Shown here: positions 54,959-64,000 of the stretch, in pieces
Layout: each line of letters begins with the position of its first letter
How positions within the stretch are numbered: position 1 is the first letter of the stretch
Origin: an uncultured Candidatus Micrarchaeota archaeon
GTDB lineage: Archaea > Micrarchaeota > Micrarchaeia > Anstonellales > Bilamarchaeaceae
DNA length: 64,000 nt
Direction: 5' to 3'
Assembly (NCBI GenBank): GCA_963714085.1
Contig: OY970229.1
Location: 960,001 to 1,024,000, forward strand
Notes under the pieces: model-generated
What the model was told of the DNA's origin: nothing
Database searches by the model: none
Seen by the model: only the letters and a program-made list of their open reading frames with translations
Position numbers and translations under genes: made by a program

Positions 54959-56365
54959 ATGTTCGATTTCCTCAAGAAGAAGATAAGCGGCTTCATCGAC
55001 GGCTTCACTGGCAAGGAGGAGGCGAAGGCCGGGCCGGAGCCAGTTGAAAGAGAGCCCGAAGTCGTAGAAAAGCCAGAGCCGGCGGTTGAAAGGGAAAAAC
55101 CGGAAACAAAGCCGGAACCGATTTTTGAAAAGCCCGCGGTCGAAAAACCGCAGGTGAGAGCCGAAGCGAAGCCGGAACCGGTTGTCGCGAAGCCTCAGGC
55201 GAAGCCCGCGATTCAAACCAAACCCGTAGAGCCGAAGCCCCTGCCCGCGATTGAAACGAAGCCAATACTCGAAAAGAAAAAACCGGAACCAAAGGCGAAG
55301 CCCGAGCCCGTAATCAGGAAAGAAAAGCCTGAAACCATAGAGACCAAGCCCGCGGCCGAAAAGCGGAAGCCTGAACCGAAAGCTGTTCCTGAGAAACCGA
55401 AAACCGAAACGAAGCCCGAGCCCGCGGTCTCGCTGCCGCAGTTCCGCGAGGAGAAGGAGCGGGCGAAGAAATCCGCGGTCTCGTTCAGCCCGCTCAAGGC
55501 CATAAGGACGCTGGTGAGCCGGGAGGTCGAGATCTCCGAGGACGATGTGAAATCCCTGCTGGAGAACTTCGAGCTCGAGCTCCTAGAGAGCGACGTGGAG
55601 CTGAGCGTGGCTGAATCCATAAGGCAGGAGTTGGCGCAGAAGCTTGTCGGCGCGAAGGTGGAGAAGGCCAATCTCAGCCAATTCGTGAAGCAGGCAATAG
55701 CCACCACCCTGGTGGACACCATGTCCGTGGGGGAGCCGCTGGACATGCTCGGATACGTCAGGGATAGGGAGAAGCCGGTTAAGATAGTCTTCCTGGGCAT
55801 CAACGGGGCCGGGAAAACCACCACAATAGCAAAAATGGCCAACATGCTCATGCAGGATGGGCGCACGGTGGTGTTCGCGGCCGCGGACACGTTCCGCGCC
55901 GCGGCCATAGAGCAGATGGAGGTCCACGCGGCGAAGCTCGACGTCCGACTCATAAAGAGGGAATACGGCTCTGACCCGACATCGGTTGCCTACGACGCGG
56001 TGAATTACGCGAAGGCGCACGGCATAGACGCGGTGCTGATCGACACCGCCGGCAGGCAGGACACCAACGTGAACCTCATCAACGAGCTCAAGAAGATGGA
56101 CCGCGTCATCAAGCCCGACCTGAAGATATACATCGGGGAGTCCATAGCCGGCTCCTCCATAATCGGCCAGGTGTCCTCGTTCAACCGGGAGATAGGCGTG
56201 GACGGGGTGATACTCACAAAGCTGGACTGCGACCCAAAGGGCGGCACAGTGCTCTCGGTGTCGAAGGCGACCGGCATACCCATAATCTACATCGGGACCG
56301 GCCAGAAGTACGAGGATATCGAGCGCTTCGACGCGAAGAAGATGGCAGAAAGGATAATCTCCTAG
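54959..56365 (+). CDS. ftsY: SRP receptor FtsY with Pro/Glu/Lys-rich linker
   Basis: MFDFLKKK start, GINGAGKTTT, DTFRAAA, DTAGR, TKLD, GTGQ. Confidence 0.95.
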   Translation: MFDFLKKKISGFIDGFTGKEEAKAGPEPVEREPEVVEKPEPAVEREKPETKPEPIFEKPAVEKPQVRAEAKPEPVVAKPQAKPAIQTKPVEPKPLPAIETKPILEKKKPEPKAKPEPVIRKEKPETIETKPAAEKRKPEPKAVPEKPKTETKPEPAVSLPQFREEKERAKKSAVSFSPLKAIRTLVSREVEISEDDVKSLLENFELELLESDVELSVAESIRQELAQKLVGAKVEKANLSQFVKQAIATTLVDTMSVGEPLDMLGYVRDREKPVKIVFLGINGAGKTTTIAKMANMLMQDGRTVVFAAADTFRAAAIEQMEVHAAKLDVRLIKREYGSDPTSVAYDAVNYAKAHGIDAVLIDTAGRQDTNVNLINELKKMDRVIKPDLKIYIGESIAGSSIIGQVSSFNREIGVDGVILTKLDCDPKGGTVLSVSKATGIPIIYIGTGQKYEDIERFDAKKMAERIIS

Positions 56366-56476
56366 TTACAAATACTCTTCTTTCCACATACTGATACATT
56401 TAAAAGCGTTCCCCGTAAAACGTTTTCGTTGTAAATTTTCCTCTTATTTATAATCTTTTCCCATCCATATTATACC

Positions 56477-58303
56477 ATGGGTGATACCACTTTCGCCCCG
56501 CAAAAGAAACAGGGGGAGACAGCAGCACGGAACGCGGCACTCGAGGCCGTGCCCCAGAAGAAGGAAGTGGAGAAGCTGCGCGGTCAGCTCAATGCCCTGG
56601 ACCGCCAGTACGACTTCCTGAAACAGAGGTTCGACAGCACCTGGGCCACCAACGACCGGACAGTGAAGCTAGAATCGATGTTCCTCGGAAGGAAGCCTAA
56701 CGACGACGAATTCCTGGCCATGCTCATGAACGCTGGCATGGGCGGGGAGAAGCCCATAACCAGCCAGGTCGAGAAGCTGCACCAGCAGTGCTCGGAGCTG
56801 TTCAAGAAGCTCCTGGACGCGGGGCTCGACAATTTCGCAGGCACCGACGTTTATAACCGTGTCTTCATCGGCAACGACCCGCGCTGGCAAATCGTCGTCG
56901 AATCGGCGACCGACATGCACGTCTCCTGGGGAAAACAGCAGAAGCAGCTCATGAAAGACCTCGAGCCCAAGCCCTACCCAACCATCGGGGCGCGGGAATG
57001 GGAGCCACCTACCGTGGAATTCCCTAGAACCGGGGTCGACCTGCTTCACGGGGAGAGAGTGTTCGTGGGTGAGGGCGGCAGGGTGGTCCCGGAGTCCGTG
57101 CTCACGCTGGAGCGCGAAATCAGGCGCAGGGGCCGTGTGACGCCCAAGGGCGTGAGGGTGGAACTCTCCTTCCAGGAGTTCTACGACATGTTCGTGCCCG
57201 TGCTCCCTTCCCTGGACGCCGCGATAACCAATGTCCAGGTGATGTGGGACAAGGGCGTGAGCGCGAAAGGCGTGGTTAAAGTCGTATTCAATCTCGTCAT
57301 GGCAGGGGTCGACGTGGTGCTCGTGGGCCAGCTCGCGACGAAGAGCGCCGCGCGCCTCAGCGGCAGGGAACTGATGGACTCATTGGAGAAGACCGAAGGC
57401 AGGTCCTTCATGTCCAGGCAGGAGTGGGACGTGCTCGAAACCGCGATCCGCGAGCTCAAGCCCGGCGAAGTGAACGACCTGTTCAGACTGGCGAGGCCCG
57501 CGATAGGCACAGGCTTCGATTGGACGGTGTTCGAGGAGCTGGCGCTCAGGGCAGGAGACGAGGAGGTAAGCGGAGACCTGATCCGTGCCTATCTGCGCGA
57601 GCAGACCGGTGCGACGAGACTCAGCCGCGCGGCCTGGAGGCTCAAAGCCGGCACACTTGATTTCTGCGAGAACGGGCTGAGCCTGCTCGGAAGGGAGAAG
57701 TTCAGGAAAAGAGTCGCCGCGGAGATATTCAACGAGCTCAGGATGAGCATCGACCACAAGGCGTCGAAGAGGCTCGCGGAACTTCTTGTGGAGTCGGGCA
57801 TGCCCGAGGCCTCCCGGCATCTGGCGTCCGATGCGATGTTCAGTACGCTCACCTCATTCAGCAAGGCGCCGCAGCGTGCCCTGCTCAAGCTCGTGGAGAA
57901 AGAGGGCTGGCCCAACGTCGTGGCCAGGCTGAAGAAGGACGGCCTTGAGAAGATGCTGCCCGAATACGCGGCAGCGTTCCGCTACGCGCCCATGCACAGG
58001 CTGGTGGAGTACGGTGTGTTCCGCGCGACGTTCCCCTATGCGGTGCAAGCGGTCTATGGCGTGATAAGCGACATGTCCGCGAGCAAGGTGAAGGAGCCGG
58101 AGATACTGACGTACGATGACATGCTCAGGAATTATTTCGAATCCATGCACAGATTCGGGAAACCGCTGACTCTTACGGAAGAGGAAAGACGCAGGAGATA
58201 CTCCGACCTTTCCGATAAATTAGGGAAACCGACCAAAGAGGACATACGCAAGAGATACTCTAAAGTAATGGATGAATTAGAAAAAAACGGTATGAAGAAG
58301 TGA
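56477..58303 (+). CDS. Hypothetical protein with central hydrophobic segment
   Basis: 608 aa ORF after AT-rich promoter region. Confidence 0.75.
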   Translation: MGDTTFAPQKKQGETAARNAALEAVPQKKEVEKLRGQLNALDRQYDFLKQRFDSTWATNDRTVKLESMFLGRKPNDDEFLAMLMNAGMGGEKPITSQVEKLHQQCSELFKKLLDAGLDNFAGTDVYNRVFIGNDPRWQIVVESATDMHVSWGKQQKQLMKDLEPKPYPTIGAREWEPPTVEFPRTGVDLLHGERVFVGEGGRVVPESVLTLEREIRRRGRVTPKGVRVELSFQEFYDMFVPVLPSLDAAITNVQVMWDKGVSAKGVVKVVFNLVMAGVDVVLVGQLATKSAARLSGRELMDSLEKTEGRSFMSRQEWDVLETAIRELKPGEVNDLFRLARPAIGTGFDWTVFEELALRAGDEEVSGDLIRAYLREQTGATRLSRAAWRLKAGTLDFCENGLSLLGREKFRKRVAAEIFNELRMSIDHKASKRLAELLVESGMPEASRHLASDAMFSTLTSFSKAPQRALLKLVEKEGWPNVVARLKKDGLEKMLPEYAAAFRYAPMHRLVEYGVFRATFPYAVQAVYGVISDMSASKVKEPEILTYDDMLRNYFESMHRFGKPLTLTEEERRRRYSDLSDKLGKPTKEDIRKRYSKVMDELEKNGMKK

Positions 58304-58307
58304 TGTT

Positions 58308-61300
58308 ATGGCAGAAGCCCAAAAACCGCCTGAGGAGGAGCCCCCGAAAGTGAAAACACCTGCGCAACCACCGCCCGCGCAACCACCCGCGGAACAGAGA
58401 CAGCTTCCGGCGTTGACCAAGGCCAAGAGGTATGTGTTTGGCTATGACCCTGCCAAGGCAAGCGCGACCGCGGCGGGCAAAGCCAGGAAGGCACATGACA
58501 AGGCGGCAGCGAAGGCTGCGAAGAACCTAGCCGGCCCATCCGTGTACGCCGACCTGGAGGAGATGAAAACCCTCTGCGAGAAATACCGGAAGGGAATAGA
58601 TTCGTTGAGGCCTGCTGACGCGATAGAGCTGATGAAGAAGATCTACGTGCACTTGGAGACCGGCACTCTGGACGCGGACACTACGAGTTCGCTCTATGGA
58701 ATACTGGAGCGGCTCTACCTGCGGCCGAACGTGCTTGCAGCCGTTAATAGTTCTACGGACCCCATCGTCGCCAAGGGTTTCCGCCAGCATCCGGGTATGC
58801 GAGAGGCTCTCGAGAAACATATCGCCCGCTCAGCTGCAAAGAAAAAATTGACTCCGGCAAATTATCAGGACCTCGCACGGCTCAAGCCCGAGATGCGGAG
58901 GCTTGAAAATGACCAGATAATCCGGATGGCAAGGATAATAGGGAAAGACGAGGCAGACCCTGTCGCTGCCATCACTAGGTCATTCGGCGTCGGCGCCAAA
59001 GCAACCACACTGCCCGAGCAGGCGGCCCTCATGCTCGAGCTCAATTCCAAAGGGATAGTGACGGAGAGAGCGGTGGCTGAATTATACATCAATCATGCGG
59101 ATAACGCAATAGCTGCTTTGGGGAAGATGAGAACAAGTGACGCCGCGACCCAGCGCGTACTTCTGGAGATTCAAAATGATATCCTCTCCGGCAAGGTCGC
59201 CAGCGCGGACGATGCTATAGTCGGGATATTCAAGAATGAAAAGCTCAGGGAAGACCTCCAGAAGATTCTCGGTCCGGGATCCAAGTCGTTGCTCGATGAG
59301 CTCTCGAAGGCAACTAATCTGAAGGAGATGGCTGCATTGCTCAAAGGGGTGGAGAAGTTTCCTAAAGGTGTACCTAACCCGGAGCGTTTAGTAAACGCCC
59401 TAAACAGCTTTGCGGTTCCTCTCAATGCAGAACACTTCATAAATAACCTGAGTGTTATGGGTAATCGGGTCGAGCTTGTCGGCGCGCTCCAAGCAAGGCG
59501 CGTGCTGGACAGCAGCACAACGGAGATGTTCAATGCGGTACGTGCTCTCAGCCTGCAACGGGCCAAAGACATGAGGGGCCTGGGCCCGGCTGCGATTGAG
59601 ACAAGCACGAATGCCGTCGTGGGAGGGGCTAAGCTCGTCAAGTTCGGGCTCTCACCAGTCATCGCGCCAGGAACCAGAGCATTCGAGAATTTCGCGGAAG
59701 CCGAAGTCGCTAGTGTGAGGCCGAGAAAGATCATCAAGGGCACTCTATGGACTACCGCAGCCGTAGGCTCGTTTGCCTTGATGAGCTGGCTCGTATACCA
59801 TTTCGAGTGGGGCAAGGACAAGACCGAGCGCGAGGAGGCCAGGCTGAAGCTCCAGAAATTATGGAAAGTGAGTATCACCACCGCCACTGCCAACAGCATA
59901 AGGGACTCCCCCATCGCGGACGGGTTCTTCAGGAACTGGTTTGACATCCACTCGCTCGAAAAACTCGGGTCCCGTCTCGTGCCGAAGAACGATAAGGAGC
60001 TCAACGAGCTGCTGACAGAGGGAGGATCCTCGGCGTCAGCTAAGAAGCAAGTGCCCCTCTACGTACACCCGGCTTGGATAAACGAACTGGCCGCAGAGGT
60101 CGACGCACAGATAAAGGACATGAAGAAGCAGGGAAAAACCGACACTGAGATAAAGGCAGCGCTTACCGCCATGGTTACGACCAGCTGGAGGGACAAGGGT
60201 TATTTCCTGACCCCAGGGGAGGCTTTCATAGAGAGCTTCGCAAGGGACCTCTTTGGAAATGACCCTGAAAAGCGCCCCATGATAGATTACATGAAGGCCG
60301 CAGTGCTCGGCGAAAAGAAACCAGAGACCAGCGTCAAGAAACCAGAGACCAGCGTCAAGCACCCCGAGCTCTTCACGCTGCTTTGGTCCGGGATACGCGA
60401 CGGCTCGCTGCCGCGTACCTTCGCCGCGGACGTCGCATTGAACCTCTACGCTATAATCAGCGACGACACCCTGGATCCTAAGACCGGCAAGATCAAAGGC
60501 GAGCTGGCATTCGAGAGAATAAAGAAGCAATTGGAGGTGCGGAAGGCCGCGGTCTATCCGAACCTGCCTTCTGTGCGGGACACCCTGGCCAAGGCAGAAA
60601 TAACCGACCAGTACCTGCTCAAGAAGCCGATACCGCCCGGCTCGCTCATGGATATCTACGACCAGCACGTGGTCGCATCCCATGACGAGGGTATGGAGAT
60701 GGGCTTCAAGGCCGTGCTCGAAGCGTACCAGAGCGACGAGAATACAGCGGCGCGGCTGGATGCATTCAGGCTGAATCCCGACGAGGTGATATATGGGGAC
60801 GTGCCGGATATAGTGGCCCAAGTGGCTGGCGGCACGCTCACACTGGACGCCGCCAGGGACCAGCACGTAGTAGCTGACGGTATATTCGCCCGCTTTAACA
60901 CCATCAACACGGCTTCTCAATTTGACGAGAAGAACAAAGGGCTCATCGAATTCGTCTATGAGAATTCGTCTGTCTCAGCAAACGGAAAGACGCAAGGCGT
61001 GCTGGACTGGCTCAAGCGCAATGCCAAGAACATACGGAACGCCCCGAAGCTGATAGAGGATCTCGAGGCCAGCAGCGCGCTTTTCGCCGCAGCACCCATG
61101 GAAAACACCAACGACAAAGACAACCCGAGCAAATCCCAACTGTGCGACAGGCTTGCCAACCAGCTCATAGCAGGGTATATCAAGGAAGAGAAGGACCGGG
61201 GCATGCTGTCCAAAGGGTGGGGCGCGACCAAAACATGGTGGAGCGGGAAGCCGGAAGAGCTGCCTGAGCGCTGGTACGTGAGGACGAATGAGCCGTTCGT

Positions 61301-61919
61301 GAGCCATACGCCGCGCGACATCATGCCAAGAGGCCAAACCGATGTCGCGCAACCCACTCCAGTGGTGGACGTGACGAGCGCGGCATCGCTCAGGGAAAAG
61401 CTCGGCGTTCTAATCTATCCCAAGAAAAACGAGGCTACGTTCAGCCCGCAGGACAAACGGGTGAGGGAAGAGGTCTACCAAACTATCGCGGACAAGGCTC
61501 CACAGACCGCCGGCAGGAAAGGCCTCGCCGCTTCTGGAATAGAAGTGAAAGACGGCCCGGTCGGCCTTGTCATCAGCTCTCCTGAGCCAGATGCCAAGGA
61601 ATACCCCGCTTTCCAGAAGCTCGTCAGTGATGCCGTAAAAACCGAGTTGGCCACCATCGCGGTGGAAGACGCCCTGCGCCCGAGCGTGACTGCCGTGCTG
61701 AAGTCCGATAAATCCGAGAAGCCGAAGCACATCTCCGATGTCATCGGAGCGATAGCTGGTGTGATAGTGGACGGTACAGACCAGGAGAACGCAAGGCTCT
61801 CCAAGAACGGCATCAACGTGACGCGGAACAGGAAAGGGGTCCTGGTCGTGAAGGTGCCGGAGGCCACGGAAAATTTCCAGAAGTTAGTCAAGGGCATGGC
61901 AGCCGAGGTGCCCAAATAA
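58308..61919 (+). CDS. Large hypothetical protein with a single predicted TM helix
   Basis: 1203 aa; TLWTTAAVGSFALMSWLVY. Confidence 0.78.
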   Translation: MAEAQKPPEEEPPKVKTPAQPPPAQPPAEQRQLPALTKAKRYVFGYDPAKASATAAGKARKAHDKAAAKAAKNLAGPSVYADLEEMKTLCEKYRKGIDSLRPADAIELMKKIYVHLETGTLDADTTSSLYGILERLYLRPNVLAAVNSSTDPIVAKGFRQHPGMREALEKHIARSAAKKKLTPANYQDLARLKPEMRRLENDQIIRMARIIGKDEADPVAAITRSFGVGAKATTLPEQAALMLELNSKGIVTERAVAELYINHADNAIAALGKMRTSDAATQRVLLEIQNDILSGKVASADDAIVGIFKNEKLREDLQKILGPGSKSLLDELSKATNLKEMAALLKGVEKFPKGVPNPERLVNALNSFAVPLNAEHFINNLSVMGNRVELVGALQARRVLDSSTTEMFNAVRALSLQRAKDMRGLGPAAIETSTNAVVGGAKLVKFGLSPVIAPGTRAFENFAEAEVASVRPRKIIKGTLWTTAAVGSFALMSWLVYHFEWGKDKTEREEARLKLQKLWKVSITTATANSIRDSPIADGFFRNWFDIHSLEKLGSRLVPKNDKELNELLTEGGSSASAKKQVPLYVHPAWINELAAEVDAQIKDMKKQGKTDTEIKAALTAMVTTSWRDKGYFLTPGEAFIESFARDLFGNDPEKRPMIDYMKAAVLGEKKPETSVKKPETSVKHPELFTLLWSGIRDGSLPRTFAADVALNLYAIISDDTLDPKTGKIKGELAFERIKKQLEVRKAAVYPNLPSVRDTLAKAEITDQYLLKKPIPPGSLMDIYDQHVVASHDEGMEMGFKAVLEAYQSDENTAARLDAFRLNPDEVIYGDVPDIVAQVAGGTLTLDAARDQHVVADGIFARFNTINTASQFDEKNKGLIEFVYENSSVSANGKTQGVLDWLKRNAKNIRNAPKLIEDLEASSALFAAAPMENTNDKDNPSKSQLCDRLANQLIAGYIKEEKDRGMLSKGWGATKTWWSGKPEELPERWYVRTNEPFVSHTPRDIMPRGQTDVAQPTPVVDVTSAASLREKLGVLIYPKKNEATFSPQDKRVREEVYQTIADKAPQTAGRKGLAASGIEVKDGPVGLVISSPEPDAKEYPAFQKLVSDAVKTELATIAVEDALRPSVTAVLKSDKSEKPKHISDVIGAIAGVIVDGTDQENARLSKNGINVTRNRKGVLVVKVPEATENFQKLVKGMAAEVPK
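60315..60359 (+). repeat. Perfect 21-bp tandem duplication
   Basis: AAGAAACCAGAGACCAGCGTC x2 (KKPETSV x2). Confidence 0.9.
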
Positions 61920-61931
61920 GGAGGGAGTGGC

Positions 61932-63248
61932 ATGGCAGATAACGAGACTAGGAAAAAACTGCGTGCGTTCCTCGATGCCCTTCCCGACGAGAAGAAAGAA
62001 CCGCAGGGGAAAAACAAAGCCGAGCCGCCTACGACGATCAAGGGCGCGACGCCGAAGCGGATGCACGCCGAGAAACCACCCCGGCAAGAGAAGCCGGCAA
62101 AGACCAAAGCCGGGCGCGCCGCGAAACCAACAGCGGAAGCGAAACCCGCAGCCGAGGCGAAACCCGCGAAGGAGTCCAAGCCCATGAAGGTCGTCATGCC
62201 GACCGTGACGAAGGCGCTCAGGGGCCACAATCCGAGCGCCATAATATCCCTCGCAAGGACCAAGGACGGGCTCGAGAACCTGCTCGCGGCGGGCAGGAAC
62301 CGCGAGACGGTCTCAGCGATCATAGTCAACGGCCTGGCTGCCGTGATGAAGGCCAACGGGCTCGAGAGCCCGAAGGAACTCATCCTGAACGCCAGCTCGG
62401 ACGTGAAGCGCATGAGCCTCGTGAGGGGCTTCCTCCAGAGCTATATCGGCCCTGGCAACGAGCTCTACCAGAAGGAGATCGTGCCGCTCAAGAAATACAA
62501 GAAGGACGAGATGGGCGCTCCGCTCGACGCGGACACGGTCGTGGCAGCCGCGGACTACCTCTGGCGCTGGAGCAAGAACAACCCGAAGAACCAGCTGGAC
62601 CTCACTCCGACCCTCCCGCAGGACAAGGCGAAGGAGGTGCCGTCCATCAAGGCGCCCGAAGCCAAGGCTGACGACTCAGTGCTCGCACAGGCCAAGGGCA
62701 TGCTCGACCTTTCGACCTCGGCCAAGGCATCCGACCTGCTCAAGCTGATCCAGGACGCTGAGAAGAAAGGCGGGGCGAAGCTCGAAGACGCCAAGACCAT
62801 CGCGGTGCAGGGGCTGTTCAACGACCTCAAGTCGCACGATAGGGGTTTCACGGCCTACCTGGAGATGTTCTCGCGTTACGACACGATACGGGCGCAAGCC
62901 GATAGTCTGCGCACAGACAAGGTCGACCCGAGGGCAGACCTAGCATTGGAAGGCATCATCGGATTCCTCAACCAAAGGGCGAACATCGGCGTGTGGAGGA
63001 TAGAGAACCTCAACTGGGACTTCCGCGCGCTCAATCTCGAGCTGGGCAGGAAAGTCCCGGAAAACGGGGGCACCACCCTTCCGAAGGACAAGCCGCAGTT
63101 CGCCGATGCGCTGCTCGGCTGCGCGGTCTTACGATGGCGCCAGGCCAACCCGACCAAGGACGGTGGCGCATGGGCGAGGCCGCCGGAGCCAAAGAAGGCC
63201 GAGGAGCCGGCGTCCAAGAACAGCTGGCTCATGGAGGGGCGGCATTAA
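61932..63248 (+). CDS. Hypothetical protein with Lys/Pro/Ala-rich N-terminus
   Basis: 438 aa; GGAGG RBS. Confidence 0.75.
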   Translation: MADNETRKKLRAFLDALPDEKKEPQGKNKAEPPTTIKGATPKRMHAEKPPRQEKPAKTKAGRAAKPTAEAKPAAEAKPAKESKPMKVVMPTVTKALRGHNPSAIISLARTKDGLENLLAAGRNRETVSAIIVNGLAAVMKANGLESPKELILNASSDVKRMSLVRGFLQSYIGPGNELYQKEIVPLKKYKKDEMGAPLDADTVVAAADYLWRWSKNNPKNQLDLTPTLPQDKAKEVPSIKAPEAKADDSVLAQAKGMLDLSTSAKASDLLKLIQDAEKKGGAKLEDAKTIAVQGLFNDLKSHDRGFTAYLEMFSRYDTIRAQADSLRTDKVDPRADLALEGIIGFLNQRANIGVWRIENLNWDFRALNLELGRKVPENGGTTLPKDKPQFADALLGCAVLRWRQANPTKDGGAWARPPEPKKAEEPASKNSWLMEGRH

Positions 63249-63273
63249 TAACATACTAAAGGCAGGAATCACC

Positions 63274-64000
63274 ATGGCAGCACCACTTCAGGTATCCCGG
63301 ACGGACCGCCAGCAAGTCGAGGCGGATGCGAAAGAGTGCGCGGCTTCGCTCAAAAGCTTCCTCGAGACGGGGAACGCAGCCAAGTACGTGCAGTTCACCG
63401 AGCTGTTCAGGAGATACTACGGATTTTCCACGTCCAAGGACGCCACCGAAGCGGAGAAGCAGAAGGGTTCCATGTTCCGCGATGTCTTCTTCGGCAAGGA
63501 GGCGTCCGGATACGCGGCCCAGCTGCGGGAAGGCAGGTCCGCCGACATGGTCTCGGCATTCGGGAAAAGCCATCCCAATGGGTTCCTGCCGAACGAGCTC
63601 GCAGACGCAGCCTATGAGGTATACTCGAAATGCACAAAGCGCGAGCGCATCCCCGAGGATTTCAACAAGAAGTACGGCGAGGACTTCATGAGAGCATCCA
63701 GGGAGGCGTACTATGCGGCGCATCCGGGCGAGATCTCGATAGCGCCGCCCTCAGAGGTGGTGCCTGTCCGCGTGCCGCCGCTCCCCCAGAGCGTCACCGA
63801 AAGCACGGTAGACATATTCCTGGGCCAGTTCGGCATGTTGGACCAGTTCTCGGCCGAGAGCCGGGACGGGAAGTACAGGGGGCTCGTCGCTACCGTGGTG
63901 ATCCCATTCAACCTCAAGAACCTGCGGGACGCGGGCGACCTCGCAGGAGCGCTCATGCAGGCCTACCAGCGCCTAGGGACCGATGACAGGGAGAGTTTCC
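63274..64000 (+). CDS. Hypothetical protein, 3' truncated by the window edge (not in ORF track)
   Basis: MAAPLQVSRTDRQQVEADAKEC... open to the end of the window. Confidence 0.7.
   Translation, partial: MAAPLQVSRTDRQQVEADAKECAASLKSFLETGNAAKYVQFTELFRRYYGFSTSKDATEAEKQKGSMFRDVFFGKEASGYAAQLREGRSADMVSAFGKSHPNGFLPNELADAAYEVYSKCTKRERIPEDFNKKYGEDFMRASREAYYAAHPGEISIAPPSEVVPVRVPPLPQSVTESTVDIFLGQFGMLDQFSAESRDGKYRGLVATVVIPFNLKNLRDAGDLAGALMQAYQRLGTDDRESF

Overview
Archaeal chromosomal segment. The GC-rich core carries archaeal information-processing genes (cdc6/orc1, tfb, tbp, rpo4, eL21, eS26, eS19, eL39, eL31, eIF6, LX, prefoldin, FtsY, RFC-L, XPD, Hef, proteasome beta, aCPSF1, fibrillarin), pyrimidine genes, a 2-oxoacid:ferredoxin oxidoreductase, tRNA-Trp (with intron) and tRNA-Glu. 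The gene set and many lineage-specific ORFs suggest a DPANN archaeon such as Micrarchaeota (inference only). The main accessory feature is an ~8.9 kb, mostly AT-rich island (4598-13561) between tfb and DUF655. It is bounded by two ungapped ~79 bp DIRECT repeats, each holding three TGCACATAAA motifs. It encodes a DDE transposase whose 3' end carries more copies of the motif, a fused restriction-modification enzyme, an RNase HIII-Zn finger-PIN fusion preceded by a structured ~90 nt leader, and an AbrB-DUF488 fusion with its partner gene; four palindromic operator-like sites lie between that gene and the transposase. Other highlights: two tandem box C/D sRNA candidates, a 1.6 kaa protein ending in a HicA-like RNase domain, an M23-like peptidase, a beta-carbonic-anhydrase-like protein, a degenerate PurD, an in-frame prefoldin-FtsY read-through and an operon of large orphan proteins. 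All calls come from reading motifs by eye; no searches were run.
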